Shown here: positions 10,456 to 19,618 of the stretch, piece after piece
Layout: each line of letters begins with the position of its first letter
Numbering within the stretch: position 1 is the stretch's first letter
Source of the DNA: an uncultured Pseudomonadota bacterium
Lineage (GTDB): Bacteria > Babelota > Babeliae > Babelales > UBA12411
Assembly (NCBI GenBank): GCA_964491895.1
Contig: CAZBHK010000004.1
Coordinates: forward strand, 32,432 to 96,431
Direction: 5' to 3'
DNA: 64,000 nt
Made by a program: the position numbers and the translations under genes
Notes under the pieces: generated by a model
What the model was told of the DNA's origin: nothing
Seen by the model: the letters and a program-made list of their open reading frames with translations, nothing else
The model's database searches: none

Positions 10456-11593
10456 GATTAAATATAGTTATGGTAAACAACATATTTCATGGTCTGATAT
10501 TTGGGAAGTTGTTAAAACACTTCGTTCTCCTTTTCTTACACAGGGACCAAAAGTTGAAGAGTTTGAGCGGGCTTTATGTGATTACACAGGGGCTAAATAT
10601 GCAGTTGCTGTTTCTAGTGGCGCGGCGGCCTTACACCTGTCTGTTTTAGCTTTGGGCATAGGCAAAGGAGATGAGGTTATTACAACGCCTATGACATTTG
10701 TTGCCACAGCCAATTGTATTTTATACGCAGGTGGTATAGTTAAGTTTGCAGATATTGATGAAAAAACTGCTTGTATAGATCCAGTTAATATAGAAAAAGC
10801 TATATCAAACAAGACTAAAGCTATAATTCCAGTTCATTTTGCCGGGCAGTCTTGTGATATGGAGCGTATTTATAAAATTGCTCAAGATAATAGTCTTTTT
10901 ATCATAGAAGATGCTGCTCATGCCATAGGTTCTTATTATAAGTATACAAAAGTAGGTTCGTGTAAATATTCTAATATGACTATTTTTTCATTTCATCCTG
11001 TTAAAACGATTACTACGGCGGAAGGTGGCGCAATTACTACTAATGATCAAGTATTATATGAAAAATTACTTCGTCTTAGGTCACATGGCATTACAAGAAA
11101 AGAAGCTTATTTAATTAACAATGATGGTCCTTGGTATTATGAAATGCTTGATTTAGGCTTTAACTATAGACTTACAGATATTCAAGCAGCATTAGGAATA
11201 TCTCAGCTTAAAAGACTAGATAAATTTATAAAACGAAGACGAGAAATTGTAGAAATATATAAACAGGCATTTTTAGGGGACAATAGGTTTAATTTTCTTG
11301 TGGAAAAAGAATATTCTAAAGCCGCTTATCATTTATTTCCTCTTTTAATTAATTTTGATGAGGTTCGACTTACTAAAAAAGAGATATTTGCAAAATTGGA
11401 GCAGAAAGGATTAAAGCTACAAGTTCATTATATTCCTGTACATCTTCAGCCATATTATAGAAATTTAGGGTTTAATTTAGGTGATTTTTCTAATTCAGAA
11501 GATTATTATAAAAAAACTATTTCTTTGCCTTTATATAGTAGTTTGAGTAATAGAGATGTTGCAAAGATAGTTTCTATGATAAGAGAGATTTAG
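10445..11593 (+). CDS. pseC: UDP-4-amino-4,6-dideoxy-N-acetyl-beta-L-altrosamine transaminase (DegT/PseC family)
   Basis: 'YGKQHI...LTQGPKVEEFE', 'EDAAHAIGS', and the PLP-lysine motif 'FSFHPVKTITTAEGGAI'. Overlaps pseB by 11 nt. Confidence 0.8.
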   Translation: MSYKIKYSYGKQHISWSDIWEVVKTLRSPFLTQGPKVEEFERALCDYTGAKYAVAVSSGAAALHLSVLALGIGKGDEVITTPMTFVATANCILYAGGIVKFADIDEKTACIDPVNIEKAISNKTKAIIPVHFAGQSCDMERIYKIAQDNSLFIIEDAAHAIGSYYKYTKVGSCKYSNMTIFSFHPVKTITTAEGGAITTNDQVLYEKLLRLRSHGITRKEAYLINNDGPWYYEMLDLGFNYRLTDIQAALGISQLKRLDKFIKRRREIVEIYKQAFLGDNRFNFLVEKEYSKAAYHLFPLLINFDEVRLTKKEIFAKLEQKGLKLQVHYIPVHLQPYYRNLGFNLGDFSNSEDYYKKTISLPLYSSLSNRDVAKIVSMIREI

Positions 11594-11995
11594 TATTTGT
11601 GAAAAAGGTTTTTTTTATTAAATACTTTAGATGAATTTACATATTGCTTTTTTATATTTGATATAGAGCTTAGCTTTTGGATCATTTTCTATTAGAATTA
11701 TGGTCATTTTTAAACTAAGATTTTGTGATAATATTGTTGAGTTGCTTAGTATAATGAGCTTTTCTGCAAGTTTTGCACCATTTAAAATATTGTTCTTATA
11801 ACTTTTTTTTATTTATAGTTTATATAAATTGTTTTATAAGGAAAGAAAATTAATTTAAGAGAAACCGTTAACAATAGATAATATTGTAGGAAGAGTTATT
11901 AGAGAAAATAATACTTCTTTAAATAATAGAGTGGATTAAAAGATAGCTATACAAAACAAATCGTTTCTATTTTGAAAAGGATTATTAGGTAAGGT

Positions 11996-12754
11996 ATGTA
12001 TAAAATAGGTTTGAAACTTTGGTCTACTAATGAAAATTATATTCAGCCTGCTCTTAAGTTATATAATCAAAATATTTATGATTATATTGAGCTTTTTTCT
12101 GTTCCAGATTCTTTTTTAAGATGTATTGAGTATTGGAAAGATTTAAATATTCCTTATATCATTCATGGTCCGCATTTTAATGTAGGATTAAATTTTGCTA
12201 AAAAAGAAAATTATAATCAGAATATGAAATTAGTGGCAGAAACTTTAAAATATGCGGATGCTTTAAAGGCAGAAAAAATTATTTTTCATCCTGGTATTTC
12301 TGGAACAATAGAAGAAACAGCTCGTCAGCTTAATCAGATTCAGGACGTTAGGATTCTTATTGAAAATAAGCCATACTATGCTCCGCCAGAAGATTTCGTT
12401 TGTAGGGGTTATTCTTTAGAAGAAATTTATTTTTTACAAAAGGAATGTGGTATTGGTTTTTGTTTAGATTTTGGACATGCTATTTGTGCTGCTAATGCAA
12501 AGTCTGTTGATCAGTTGCAATACATAAAGGCATTTTTGACTCTTAATCCTAAAATGTATCATTTAACTGATGGAAATTATACAGGTATTTATGATGAGCA
12601 TTTACATTTGAGAAGGGGGTCTTTTCCTATAGACAGAATTTTGAGGCTTCTGCCTAAGGATGCTATTATAACTTTGGAAACAGATAAGGATAGTAAAGAT
12701 AATTTGGATGATTTTATACAAGATGTGACAGAGTTCAAAAATATTTTAGATTAA
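11996..12754 (+). CDS. sugar phosphate isomerase/epimerase (xylose isomerase-like TIM barrel)
   Basis: Pattern 'IIFHPG', 'LIENKP', 'CLDFGH', 'YHLTDG...DEHL', as in AP-endonuclease-2/xylose-isomerase-like barrels. Confidence 0.55.
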   Translation: MYKIGLKLWSTNENYIQPALKLYNQNIYDYIELFSVPDSFLRCIEYWKDLNIPYIIHGPHFNVGLNFAKKENYNQNMKLVAETLKYADALKAEKIIFHPGISGTIEETARQLNQIQDVRILIENKPYYAPPEDFVCRGYSLEEIYFLQKECGIGFCLDFGHAICAANAKSVDQLQYIKAFLTLNPKMYHLTDGNYTGIYDEHLHLRRGSFPIDRILRLLPKDAIITLETDKDSKDNLDDFIQDVTEFKNILD

Positions 12755-12774
12755 TTTTTGTTGGGTATTTTATT

Positions 12775-13815
12775 ATGATTCAAATTGGCAAATTTACTAT
12801 AGAAAATAATAGGATTCCATTTACTATAGCCGAGGCAGGGATTAATCATAATGGTATTTTAGAGAATGCCTATAAAATGATTGAAGTTGCTGTACAGGCA
12901 GAGGTAAATGCTATCAAATTTCAAACATTTAAGGCTGAAGAATTTATTAAGGATACTTCTTTAGAGTATATTTATAAATCTCAGGGGCAACTTATTACAG
13001 AGCCAATATTTAATCTTTTTAAAAGGTGTGAATTTACTAGAGAAGAATGGTTTTTGATTAAGAAAAAATGTGAAGAAGAAAAAATTATTTTTTTGTCTAC
13101 ACCACAGAATAAAAGTGACCTTGAGTTATTACTTGAGTTAGGTATTTCCGCTATTAAGGTTGGTTCTGATGATTTTACCAATTTGCCTTTATTAAGGAAT
13201 TATTCAAAAACTGGTTTGCCTATGATTCTTTCTTGTGGTATGTCAAACTTATCAGAAATATATTTATCGCTTTCAGAGATTAAAGCATTAGATGGGTATC
13301 CCACAATATTAATGTTATGTACTTCTCAGTATCCGACCTCTCCAGAAGATGTTAATTTAAATAAATTTATGGCATTAAAAGCAGCATTTCCTGATTTAAT
13401 ATTAGGGTTTTCAGATCATACAGAAGGTAGCTTGGCATCTTCTGTAGCCGTGGCATTTGGCGCCATAGTTTTTGAAAAACATTTTACTTTGGATAAAAAT
13501 TTAGCAGGGCCAGATCATTGGTTTTCAGAGGATCCTATAGGGTTAAAAAATTGGAATACAGCTATTAAAACAGCTTATGCAATGTTAGGTTCTAGAATTG
13601 TTAGGGCAACCAAGCAGGAAGAGGATAATAAAAAAGAATTTAGACGGGTTATAGTAGCGGTAAAATCTATTAAATGTGGCGCTATAATTGATGAAAACTC
13701 TTTAGGGATGAAGAGAACCAATGAAATTGGTGGTATTCCATCATTTTTTTTTGATTTTATTGTTGGTAAAGAAGCTAAAAAGAACTATAATCCTGGGGAC
13801 ATAATTAATTTTTAA
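12775..13815 (+). CDS. pseI: nonulosonic acid synthase (NeuB/PseI/LegI family)
   Basis: 'FTIAEAGINHNG', 'AIKFQTF', 'KVGSDD', 'FSDHTEG', plus a C-terminal SAF-like tail. The pseI symbol is inferred from the PseB/PseC context and is not proven. Confidence 0.8.
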   Translation: MIQIGKFTIENNRIPFTIAEAGINHNGILENAYKMIEVAVQAEVNAIKFQTFKAEEFIKDTSLEYIYKSQGQLITEPIFNLFKRCEFTREEWFLIKKKCEEEKIIFLSTPQNKSDLELLLELGISAIKVGSDDFTNLPLLRNYSKTGLPMILSCGMSNLSEIYLSLSEIKALDGYPTILMLCTSQYPTSPEDVNLNKFMALKAAFPDLILGFSDHTEGSLASSVAVAFGAIVFEKHFTLDKNLAGPDHWFSEDPIGLKNWNTAIKTAYAMLGSRIVRATKQEEDNKKEFRRVIVAVKSIKCGAIIDENSLGMKRTNEIGGIPSFFFDFIVGKEAKKNYNPGDIINF

Positions 13816-13855
13816 AATTAAAAAACATTTTTGATTATAAAAGGGTATTTATAAA

Positions 13856-14314
13856 TTGGATATAAAAAACTTTGAAGAACAGTTTTATTCCTTAATGGAG
13901 TTTGCAAAAAATAAGCATCACCCATTAGTTATGATTTATGGTGAACCTAAAATTGGTAAGAACGTATATATAGGGCCATTTTCTGAGGTTTATTCTAAGG
14001 GGGCATTAGTTTCTATAGGCGATAATTGTGATATTGCTTCTTTTGTTTCTATTAATTGCGCAGATTCTCATAGATTGTGTATTAATTTAAGTCAAGAAAT
14101 TGATAAAAAAAATATTATTATAGAACATAATGTTTTTATTGGTTCGCACTCCTTTGTTAAGGGCGGAGTTCATATAGGGCACCATTCTGTTGTAGCTGCA
14201 GGTACAATTGTCGATTGTGTTAAAATACCACCATATTCGCTTGTCATTGGTAATCCAATGATTATTAAAGAAGGGTATTATGCAAAATTTTTCAAACTTG
14301 ATACTACACAATAG
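13856..14314 (+). CDS. left-handed beta-helix (hexapeptide-repeat) acetyltransferase
   Basis: Hexapeptide periodicity in 'IGDNCDIASFVSI', 'VFIGSHSFVKGGVHIGHHSVVAAGTIV'. TTG start. Confidence 0.7.
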   Translation: MDIKNFEEQFYSLMEFAKNKHHPLVMIYGEPKIGKNVYIGPFSEVYSKGALVSIGDNCDIASFVSINCADSHRLCINLSQEIDKKNIIIEHNVFIGSHSFVKGGVHIGHHSVVAAGTIVDCVKIPPYSLVIGNPMIIKEGYYAKFFKLDTTQ

Positions 14315-15311
14315 ACCGACGTTGGATGAAGAAGAGATTTTGGCGGTAACTGGGACTATTAACTCAGGATTTATAGCACAGGGCAAAGAAGTTGAACAAT
14401 TTGAGGAAGAAATGTGTTGTTTTTTAGGTCTTCCTAGTCATAGTGCTGTTGCTGTTTCCAGTGGTACTGCTGCCTTATACTTAGCCTTGTGGGCACTTAA
14501 GGCAAAAAAGAAAATTATAGCGCTTCCTGTTTATACTTGTTCATCATTACGTAATGCTATTGCCTTAATTGGAGGGCAAGAATTTTTGGTTGATATTGAG
14601 TTAACATCTCCAAATATTGATTTATCAAAAGTCGTAAATTCTGATGTAGAAATTGTTATAGTACCACATATGTTTGGAATTCCTGTAGATATTTCTGATG
14701 TTTCAAATGTTGATATTGTAGAAGATTGTGCACAGGCTCTTGGTGCGCGTATTAATAATAAATACGTTGGGCTTCATGGTAGACTTGGGATTTTTTCCTT
14801 TTATGCAACTAAATTAATAACAACAGGTGGTCAGGGTGGTATGGTTGTATCTAAAGAAAAAAAACTTATAGATGCTATTAGAGATTATAGAGAGTTTGAT
14901 CAGCGTAATGATAATAAAATGAGATTTAATTTTCAAATGACAAATTTGCAGGCCGCTATTGGTAGTGTTCAATTGAAGAAATTGAATGGATTTATAAAAA
15001 GAAGAGAAGAAATTTTTTGTAAATATAAGCAAACAGGTTTAGAATTTTTAGATGTTGGCCAAAAAATAGGCTTAATACCTGTGCGGTATCGGGCAATTTT
15101 AAAAACACAAAAGGTTAGTAAGGTTATGAACTTATTAAAAAATAATAATATTGGTTCTATTATACCTATTAAAGATTCTGAGCTTTTAGGAGATAAGTTA
15201 TTGTTTCCCAAAGCATTTCAGTTAACACAAGAGACGGTATCTTTGCCTATTTATCCTTCTTTGTCCGATGATGCTGTAAAAGTAGTGATTAATATTTTAA
15301 ATTCTATATGA
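14280..15311 (+). CDS. DegT/DnrJ/EryC1/StrS-family sugar aminotransferase (second copy)
   Basis: 'GKEVEQFEEE', 'AVSSGTAALYLAL', 'EDCAQALG', and PLP-lysine 'FSFYATKLITTGGQGGMV'. Confidence 0.8.
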   Translation: MQNFSNLILHNRPTLDEEEILAVTGTINSGFIAQGKEVEQFEEEMCCFLGLPSHSAVAVSSGTAALYLALWALKAKKKIIALPVYTCSSLRNAIALIGGQEFLVDIELTSPNIDLSKVVNSDVEIVIVPHMFGIPVDISDVSNVDIVEDCAQALGARINNKYVGLHGRLGIFSFYATKLITTGGQGGMVVSKEKKLIDAIRDYREFDQRNDNKMRFNFQMTNLQAAIGSVQLKKLNGFIKRREEIFCKYKQTGLEFLDVGQKIGLIPVRYRAILKTQKVSKVMNLLKNNNIGSIIPIKDSELLGDKLLFPKAFQLTQETVSLPIYPSLSDDAVKVVINILNSI

Positions 15312-16030
15312 TTTTAACTGTTCATCAGCCCACATATCTTTCTTGGTTAGGACTTTTTCATAAGATAGCATTGTCAGATATCTATATATATTTGGATACT
15401 GTTCAGTATGTAGAGCAAGATTGGATTAGTCGTAATAGAATTAAAACATTTAAGGATTCAATTTTTTTAACAGTACCTGTTTTTTCTAAAAATAGACTTA
15501 ATAGTACTATTGCAGATATTAAAATTAAAAATAATATACCATGGGCTAAAAAACATACTAAAACACTTTTGTTTAATTATCAAAAATCTTTATATTTTAA
15601 AGAATATTTCCCTATTTTTGAGGCAATTTACAATCAAAAATGGGAATATTTAGCTGATTTAAATTTTCAATTATTACAAGCTATTTTATTTATTTTGGGA
15701 ATAAAGACTATTGTTAAAAGGGCACAAGAGTGTAATTTTAAGGGTAAAAAATCAGATTTGATTTTGGATATATGCTTACAAAATGCTGCTAAAATTTATA
15801 TTTCTGGAGAATTAGGTACCGATTATATTGATATAGAAAAATTTCAGAAAAATGGGGTGATACTAGTTTTTCAAAATTATCAACATCCCATTTATAATCA
15901 ATGTTATGGTGATTTTGTTTCACATTTAAGTGTGCTTGATTTAATTTTTAATAATGGTCCAAAATCTTTGAAGATTTTAATGTCCAATAACATTAAACGA
16001 TCAGATATTAATAAAATGATAGGATATTAG
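15308..16030 (+). CDS. WbqC-family protein
   Basis: N-terminus 'LTVHQPTYLSWLGLFHKIALSD' and length are typical of WbqC-like proteins in O-antigen clusters. 4-nt overlap with the upstream gene. Confidence 0.6.
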   Translation: MILTVHQPTYLSWLGLFHKIALSDIYIYLDTVQYVEQDWISRNRIKTFKDSIFLTVPVFSKNRLNSTIADIKIKNNIPWAKKHTKTLLFNYQKSLYFKEYFPIFEAIYNQKWEYLADLNFQLLQAILFILGIKTIVKRAQECNFKGKKSDLILDICLQNAAKIYISGELGTDYIDIEKFQKNGVILVFQNYQHPIYNQCYGDFVSHLSVLDLIFNNGPKSLKILMSNNIKRSDINKMIGY

Positions 16031-16031
16031 T

Positions 16032-16694
16032 ATGAGTTTTTCTAAAGAATGGAATGATGCATATAAAAATAATACACATATGTCTGTTTATCCATGGTCT
16101 GATGTAGTGAGCTATGTTATGAGATACGTTAGATTATTAGGATCAGATATGAAGGTTTTAGAATTAGGTTGTGGGGCTGGAGCTAATATTCCACTTTTTC
16201 AAAATTTAAATATTCAATATTTTGCAATAGAGGGTAGTGAAGTTATTGTTAAAAAATTAAAGGAAAAATTCCCCCAATATAGTAATTCTATTATTGTTGG
16301 AGATTTTACAAAAGAGCTTCCATTTATTGATACGTTTGATTTGATTATTGATCGGGCTTCTATAACTCATAATAATACAGATTCAATTGAATTATGTTTG
16401 GAGCTAATCAATAAAAAATTAACTAAAAATGGCAAATTTATGGGATTTGATTGGTTTTCAACTGAACATTCTGATTACAAAAAAAGAGAGAGCAAAGAGG
16501 ACCTTTATACAGTGGTTGATTTCAAGGAAGGTCAATTTAAGGGTATAGGTAAAGTGCATTTTTCTGATAAAAATCATATAATTGATTTATTTAAGAATTT
16601 TGAGATTCAAAATTTAACTCATAAAATAATTAAAGATGATTTTATAACGGATCATGTTTTTGCTTCATGGAATATAATTGCCAATAAAAAATAA
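16032..16694 (+). CDS. class I SAM-dependent methyltransferase
   Basis: Motif I 'VLELGCGAGANI' and post-II 'FDLIIDRAS'. Confidence 0.75.
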   Translation: MSFSKEWNDAYKNNTHMSVYPWSDVVSYVMRYVRLLGSDMKVLELGCGAGANIPLFQNLNIQYFAIEGSEVIVKKLKEKFPQYSNSIIVGDFTKELPFIDTFDLIIDRASITHNNTDSIELCLELINKKLTKNGKFMGFDWFSTEHSDYKKRESKEDLYTVVDFKEGQFKGIGKVHFSDKNHIIDLFKNFEIQNLTHKIIKDDFITDHVFASWNIIANKK

Positions 16695-16715
16695 TGTTTT
16701 TAGAAAGATAAATTT

Positions 16716-17384
16716 GTGAATAAAATTGCAGTTATAGCTGCTCACCCAGATGATGAAATTTTGGGATGCGGTGGTACAATAGCAAAGCATATTTGGCTAG
16801 GTGATCAAGTTTATGTTTTGGTGCTTTCTAATGGTATAACTTCACGTGCTTTTGATAAGGATCAGGTAGCGAAATTACAGAAGCTTAATATTGCAGCTCA
16901 TGAAGTACATAAATTTTTAGGAACATTTTTTACTTTGTATAATTTATCAGATAATCGTATGGATTCTTTGGATAGATTAGATATAGTAAAAATGGTTGAG
17001 TCTTTTATTGAAAAAATTAATCCGGATATTGTTTATACTCATCATTATGGTGATTTAAATGTTGATCATAGACGTGTTCATGAGGCTGTTTTAATCGCAT
17101 GTAGACCTGTGCCTGGTATTTTTATTAAAAGAATTTTATTTTTTGAAGTTGCTTCAAGTACAGAGTGGGGAGGTTCTTTTTCGAGTTTTACTCCAAATTG
17201 GTTTGTAGATATAACTGATACATTGGAGATTAAGTTGAAGGCTCTGGAAATATATAAGGATGAGATGCGAGAATTTCCACATTCTAGATCATTAAAAGCT
17301 TTGGAATGTTTAGCTAGATGGCGCGGTGCAACTATAGGTAAAAATGCAGCAGAGGCATTTATTTTAGGTAGATGCATAGAATAA
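16716..17384 (+). CDS. PIG-L/LmbE-family N-acetylsugar deacetylase
   Basis: 'AVIAAHPDDEILGCGGT' and 'HHYGDLNVDHRRVHEA' (zinc-ligand pattern). GTG start. Confidence 0.8.
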   Translation: MNKIAVIAAHPDDEILGCGGTIAKHIWLGDQVYVLVLSNGITSRAFDKDQVAKLQKLNIAAHEVHKFLGTFFTLYNLSDNRMDSLDRLDIVKMVESFIEKINPDIVYTHHYGDLNVDHRRVHEAVLIACRPVPGIFIKRILFFEVASSTEWGGSFSSFTPNWFVDITDTLEIKLKALEIYKDEMREFPHSRSLKALECLARWRGATIGKNAAEAFILGRCIE

Positions 17385-17487
17385 ATTGTTTTATAAGCAA
17401 TGGAAATTTTAGATCTACTTTTTTATAAACTTAGCTATATTGGGAAATAATAGAGTTCAAAAATTTTATAATAATAAAGATGATTAT

Positions 17488-18192
17488 ATGCAAAAAAAGT
17501 CTTTGGCTATAATTACAGCTCGCGGTGGTAGTAAGAGAATTCCAAGAAAAAACATTAAAAATTTTTTAGGTTTTCCTATAATAAAATATTCTATTGATGC
17601 GGCACTATTATCAAAATGTTTTGACGAGGTTATGGTTTCTACAGATGATAAAGAAATAGCTAAAACTGCTATTTCTTTTGGTGTAAAAGTTCCATTTTTT
17701 CGTTCCGATAGAGCTTCAAATGATATGGCGAGTCTAGAGTATGTTATAGATGAGGTTCTTTTAGAATATAAAAAAATTGGTGATAATTTTAAATATATTT
17801 GTTGTATTTTACCTACGGCACCATTTATATCTTCAGAATTGTTGATACATGGATTTCATATTTTACAAAAAGATTGTGCAGATTCAGTGTTTCCAGTTTG
17901 TAGATTTAGCTATCCAATACAACGTGCATTAAAAATTAGCGAAAATAAGTTACATTGGTTTTCATCAGAATATTCGGATTCTAGATCTCAGGATTTAGAG
18001 CCGGCTTATCATGATAGTGGCCAATTTTATTGGATAAATGTAGAAAGTTATTATAAATATCGAGCTATTATTATGGAAAAAAGTGTTCCTATTGTTTTGT
18101 CAGAGTTAAAGGTGCATGATATTGATACAGAGGAAGATTGGAAGATTGCTGAATTGAAATATCAACAAAATAGAATTATTGATAAAATATGA
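17488..18192 (+). CDS. pseF: CMP-nonulosonate synthetase (acylneuraminate cytidylyltransferase family, PseF/NeuA-like)
   Basis: 'AIITARGGSKRIPRKNIKNFLGFPIIKYSI'. I prefer the ATG at 17488 over the TTG at 17440 because family N-termini start just before this motif. The symbol is inferred from context. Confidence 0.75.
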   Translation: MQKKSLAIITARGGSKRIPRKNIKNFLGFPIIKYSIDAALLSKCFDEVMVSTDDKEIAKTAISFGVKVPFFRSDRASNDMASLEYVIDEVLLEYKKIGDNFKYICCILPTAPFISSELLIHGFHILQKDCADSVFPVCRFSYPIQRALKISENKLHWFSSEYSDSRSQDLEPAYHDSGQFYWINVESYYKYRAIIMEKSVPIVLSELKVHDIDTEEDWKIAELKYQQNRIIDKI

Positions 18193-19616
18193 GAATTCTT
18201 TTTTATGCTATTAATAGTTCTTTAAATCCTAGTTTTGAACGAGAACTAGATCTTATGTCTCAGCATATTGAAAAGGGTGATGATATTTATGTTGTTGGTT
18301 GTGATGGTATACTTGAGTCTTGTTATTCTAATCCCAATCATATTAAACCTCGCTGTGTATATTGTAAGTTGAGATTTTCTGAGGGACTAAAACATTTAAA
18401 TATTTCTAGGGAGAATATTTTTCATATTGGAGGAACGCTTCTTTATCAAGATTTACCTGAAAAATTTGATAATATTGAAGCATTAAAATCCTTTATTTTG
18501 TTCAATATAGATTTTGGATTGGGAGTAGCTTCAGAATTAATATCATTATTACGTGATCATCGACCGGATACAATATTACATCAAAAAATTATTAATAAAA
18601 TGTTAGTTTCATCTGTATTAATATATGAATACATGTCAAATTTATTGGCTAAACTTAATCCGGAATTAATATATATTTTTAATGGTAGATATTTTGATGT
18701 TAGGCCAGTGGTTCGGCTTGCTGAAAAATTGAATATTACATTTTATACACACGAAGCAGCTGGACGTATTGACAAATATTCTCTTTTTAAAAATTCATTT
18801 CCACATGATATTGCTCCTGTTTTGGAAAGTGTTGAAAAAAGTTGGTTAGATAGTGATAAAAATAAAATAGAAATAGGAAGTAAATGGTTTGTAGATCATC
18901 GTAATGGTCAAGCTTTTAATGGGCTTAGTTATATTAATAAGAATTTTAGAACTTTACTGCCTAATAATTTTGATAATACAAAAATTAATATTGCAATTTT
19001 TAATACATCATTTGATGAATTTGAGGCTATTTGTGGATGGGAAAATCCTATCTATAATAGCGAATTAGAGGCTTTAATTAAGTTAGTAGACTCATTTAAA
19101 AATAATGACAAAATTGATTTTTATTTAAGGGTTCATCCAAATTTAAAAAATCTGGATAATACACAAATTAAAGATTTGAAATACTTAGATCGTAAAGCAT
19201 ATAAGAATTTAAAGATAATTTGGCCAGAAGATGCTGTTGATAGTTATACCTTGTTGGATAACTGTGATAAGGTGTTGACCTTTTTATCTACTATGGGAGT
19301 TGAGGCTTGTTTTTGGGGAAAACCATCAATTTTATTAGGGCATGCCTATTATGAATCATTGGATTGTGTTTACATTCCTAAAAATCATGAAGAAGTTGTT
19401 GCAATGATATATAAAAAGTTAGAGCCAAAAAGCACGCTAGGGGCAATAAAATATGGTTATTGGTTAGAAACACAAGGTTTTTTCTATAAAAAATATGTTC
19501 CAACGGCTGTTTATGAAGGTAAATTTGATGGTAAAGTTATATTGCCAAAATACAGTCTAAAAAAGATTAAGTTTTGGAGTTATAGATTATTAGAAAAATT
19601 AGAAAAAGGTTTTTAA
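18189..19616 (+). CDS. Capsule_synth-like (KpsS/KpsC/LpsZ-type) glycosyltransferase candidate
   Basis: 'IYIFNGRYFDVRPVVRLAE', 'LRVHPN', and the C-terminal 'VLTFLSTMGVEACFWGKPSILLGHAYY' resemble the HP and S-x-x-G-x-EAL-x-GKP blocks of capsule biosynthesis KpsS/KpsC-type proteins. 4-nt overlap with the cytidylyltransferase gene. Confidence 0.45.
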   Translation: MRILFYAINSSLNPSFERELDLMSQHIEKGDDIYVVGCDGILESCYSNPNHIKPRCVYCKLRFSEGLKHLNISRENIFHIGGTLLYQDLPEKFDNIEALKSFILFNIDFGLGVASELISLLRDHRPDTILHQKIINKMLVSSVLIYEYMSNLLAKLNPELIYIFNGRYFDVRPVVRLAEKLNITFYTHEAAGRIDKYSLFKNSFPHDIAPVLESVEKSWLDSDKNKIEIGSKWFVDHRNGQAFNGLSYINKNFRTLLPNNFDNTKINIAIFNTSFDEFEAICGWENPIYNSELEALIKLVDSFKNNDKIDFYLRVHPNLKNLDNTQIKDLKYLDRKAYKNLKIIWPEDAVDSYTLLDNCDKVLTFLSTMGVEACFWGKPSILLGHAYYESLDCVYIPKNHEEVVAMIYKKLEPKSTLGAIKYGYWLETQGFFYKKYVPTAVYEGKFDGKVILPKYSLKKIKFWSYRLLEKLEKGF

Positions 19617-19618
19617 TA

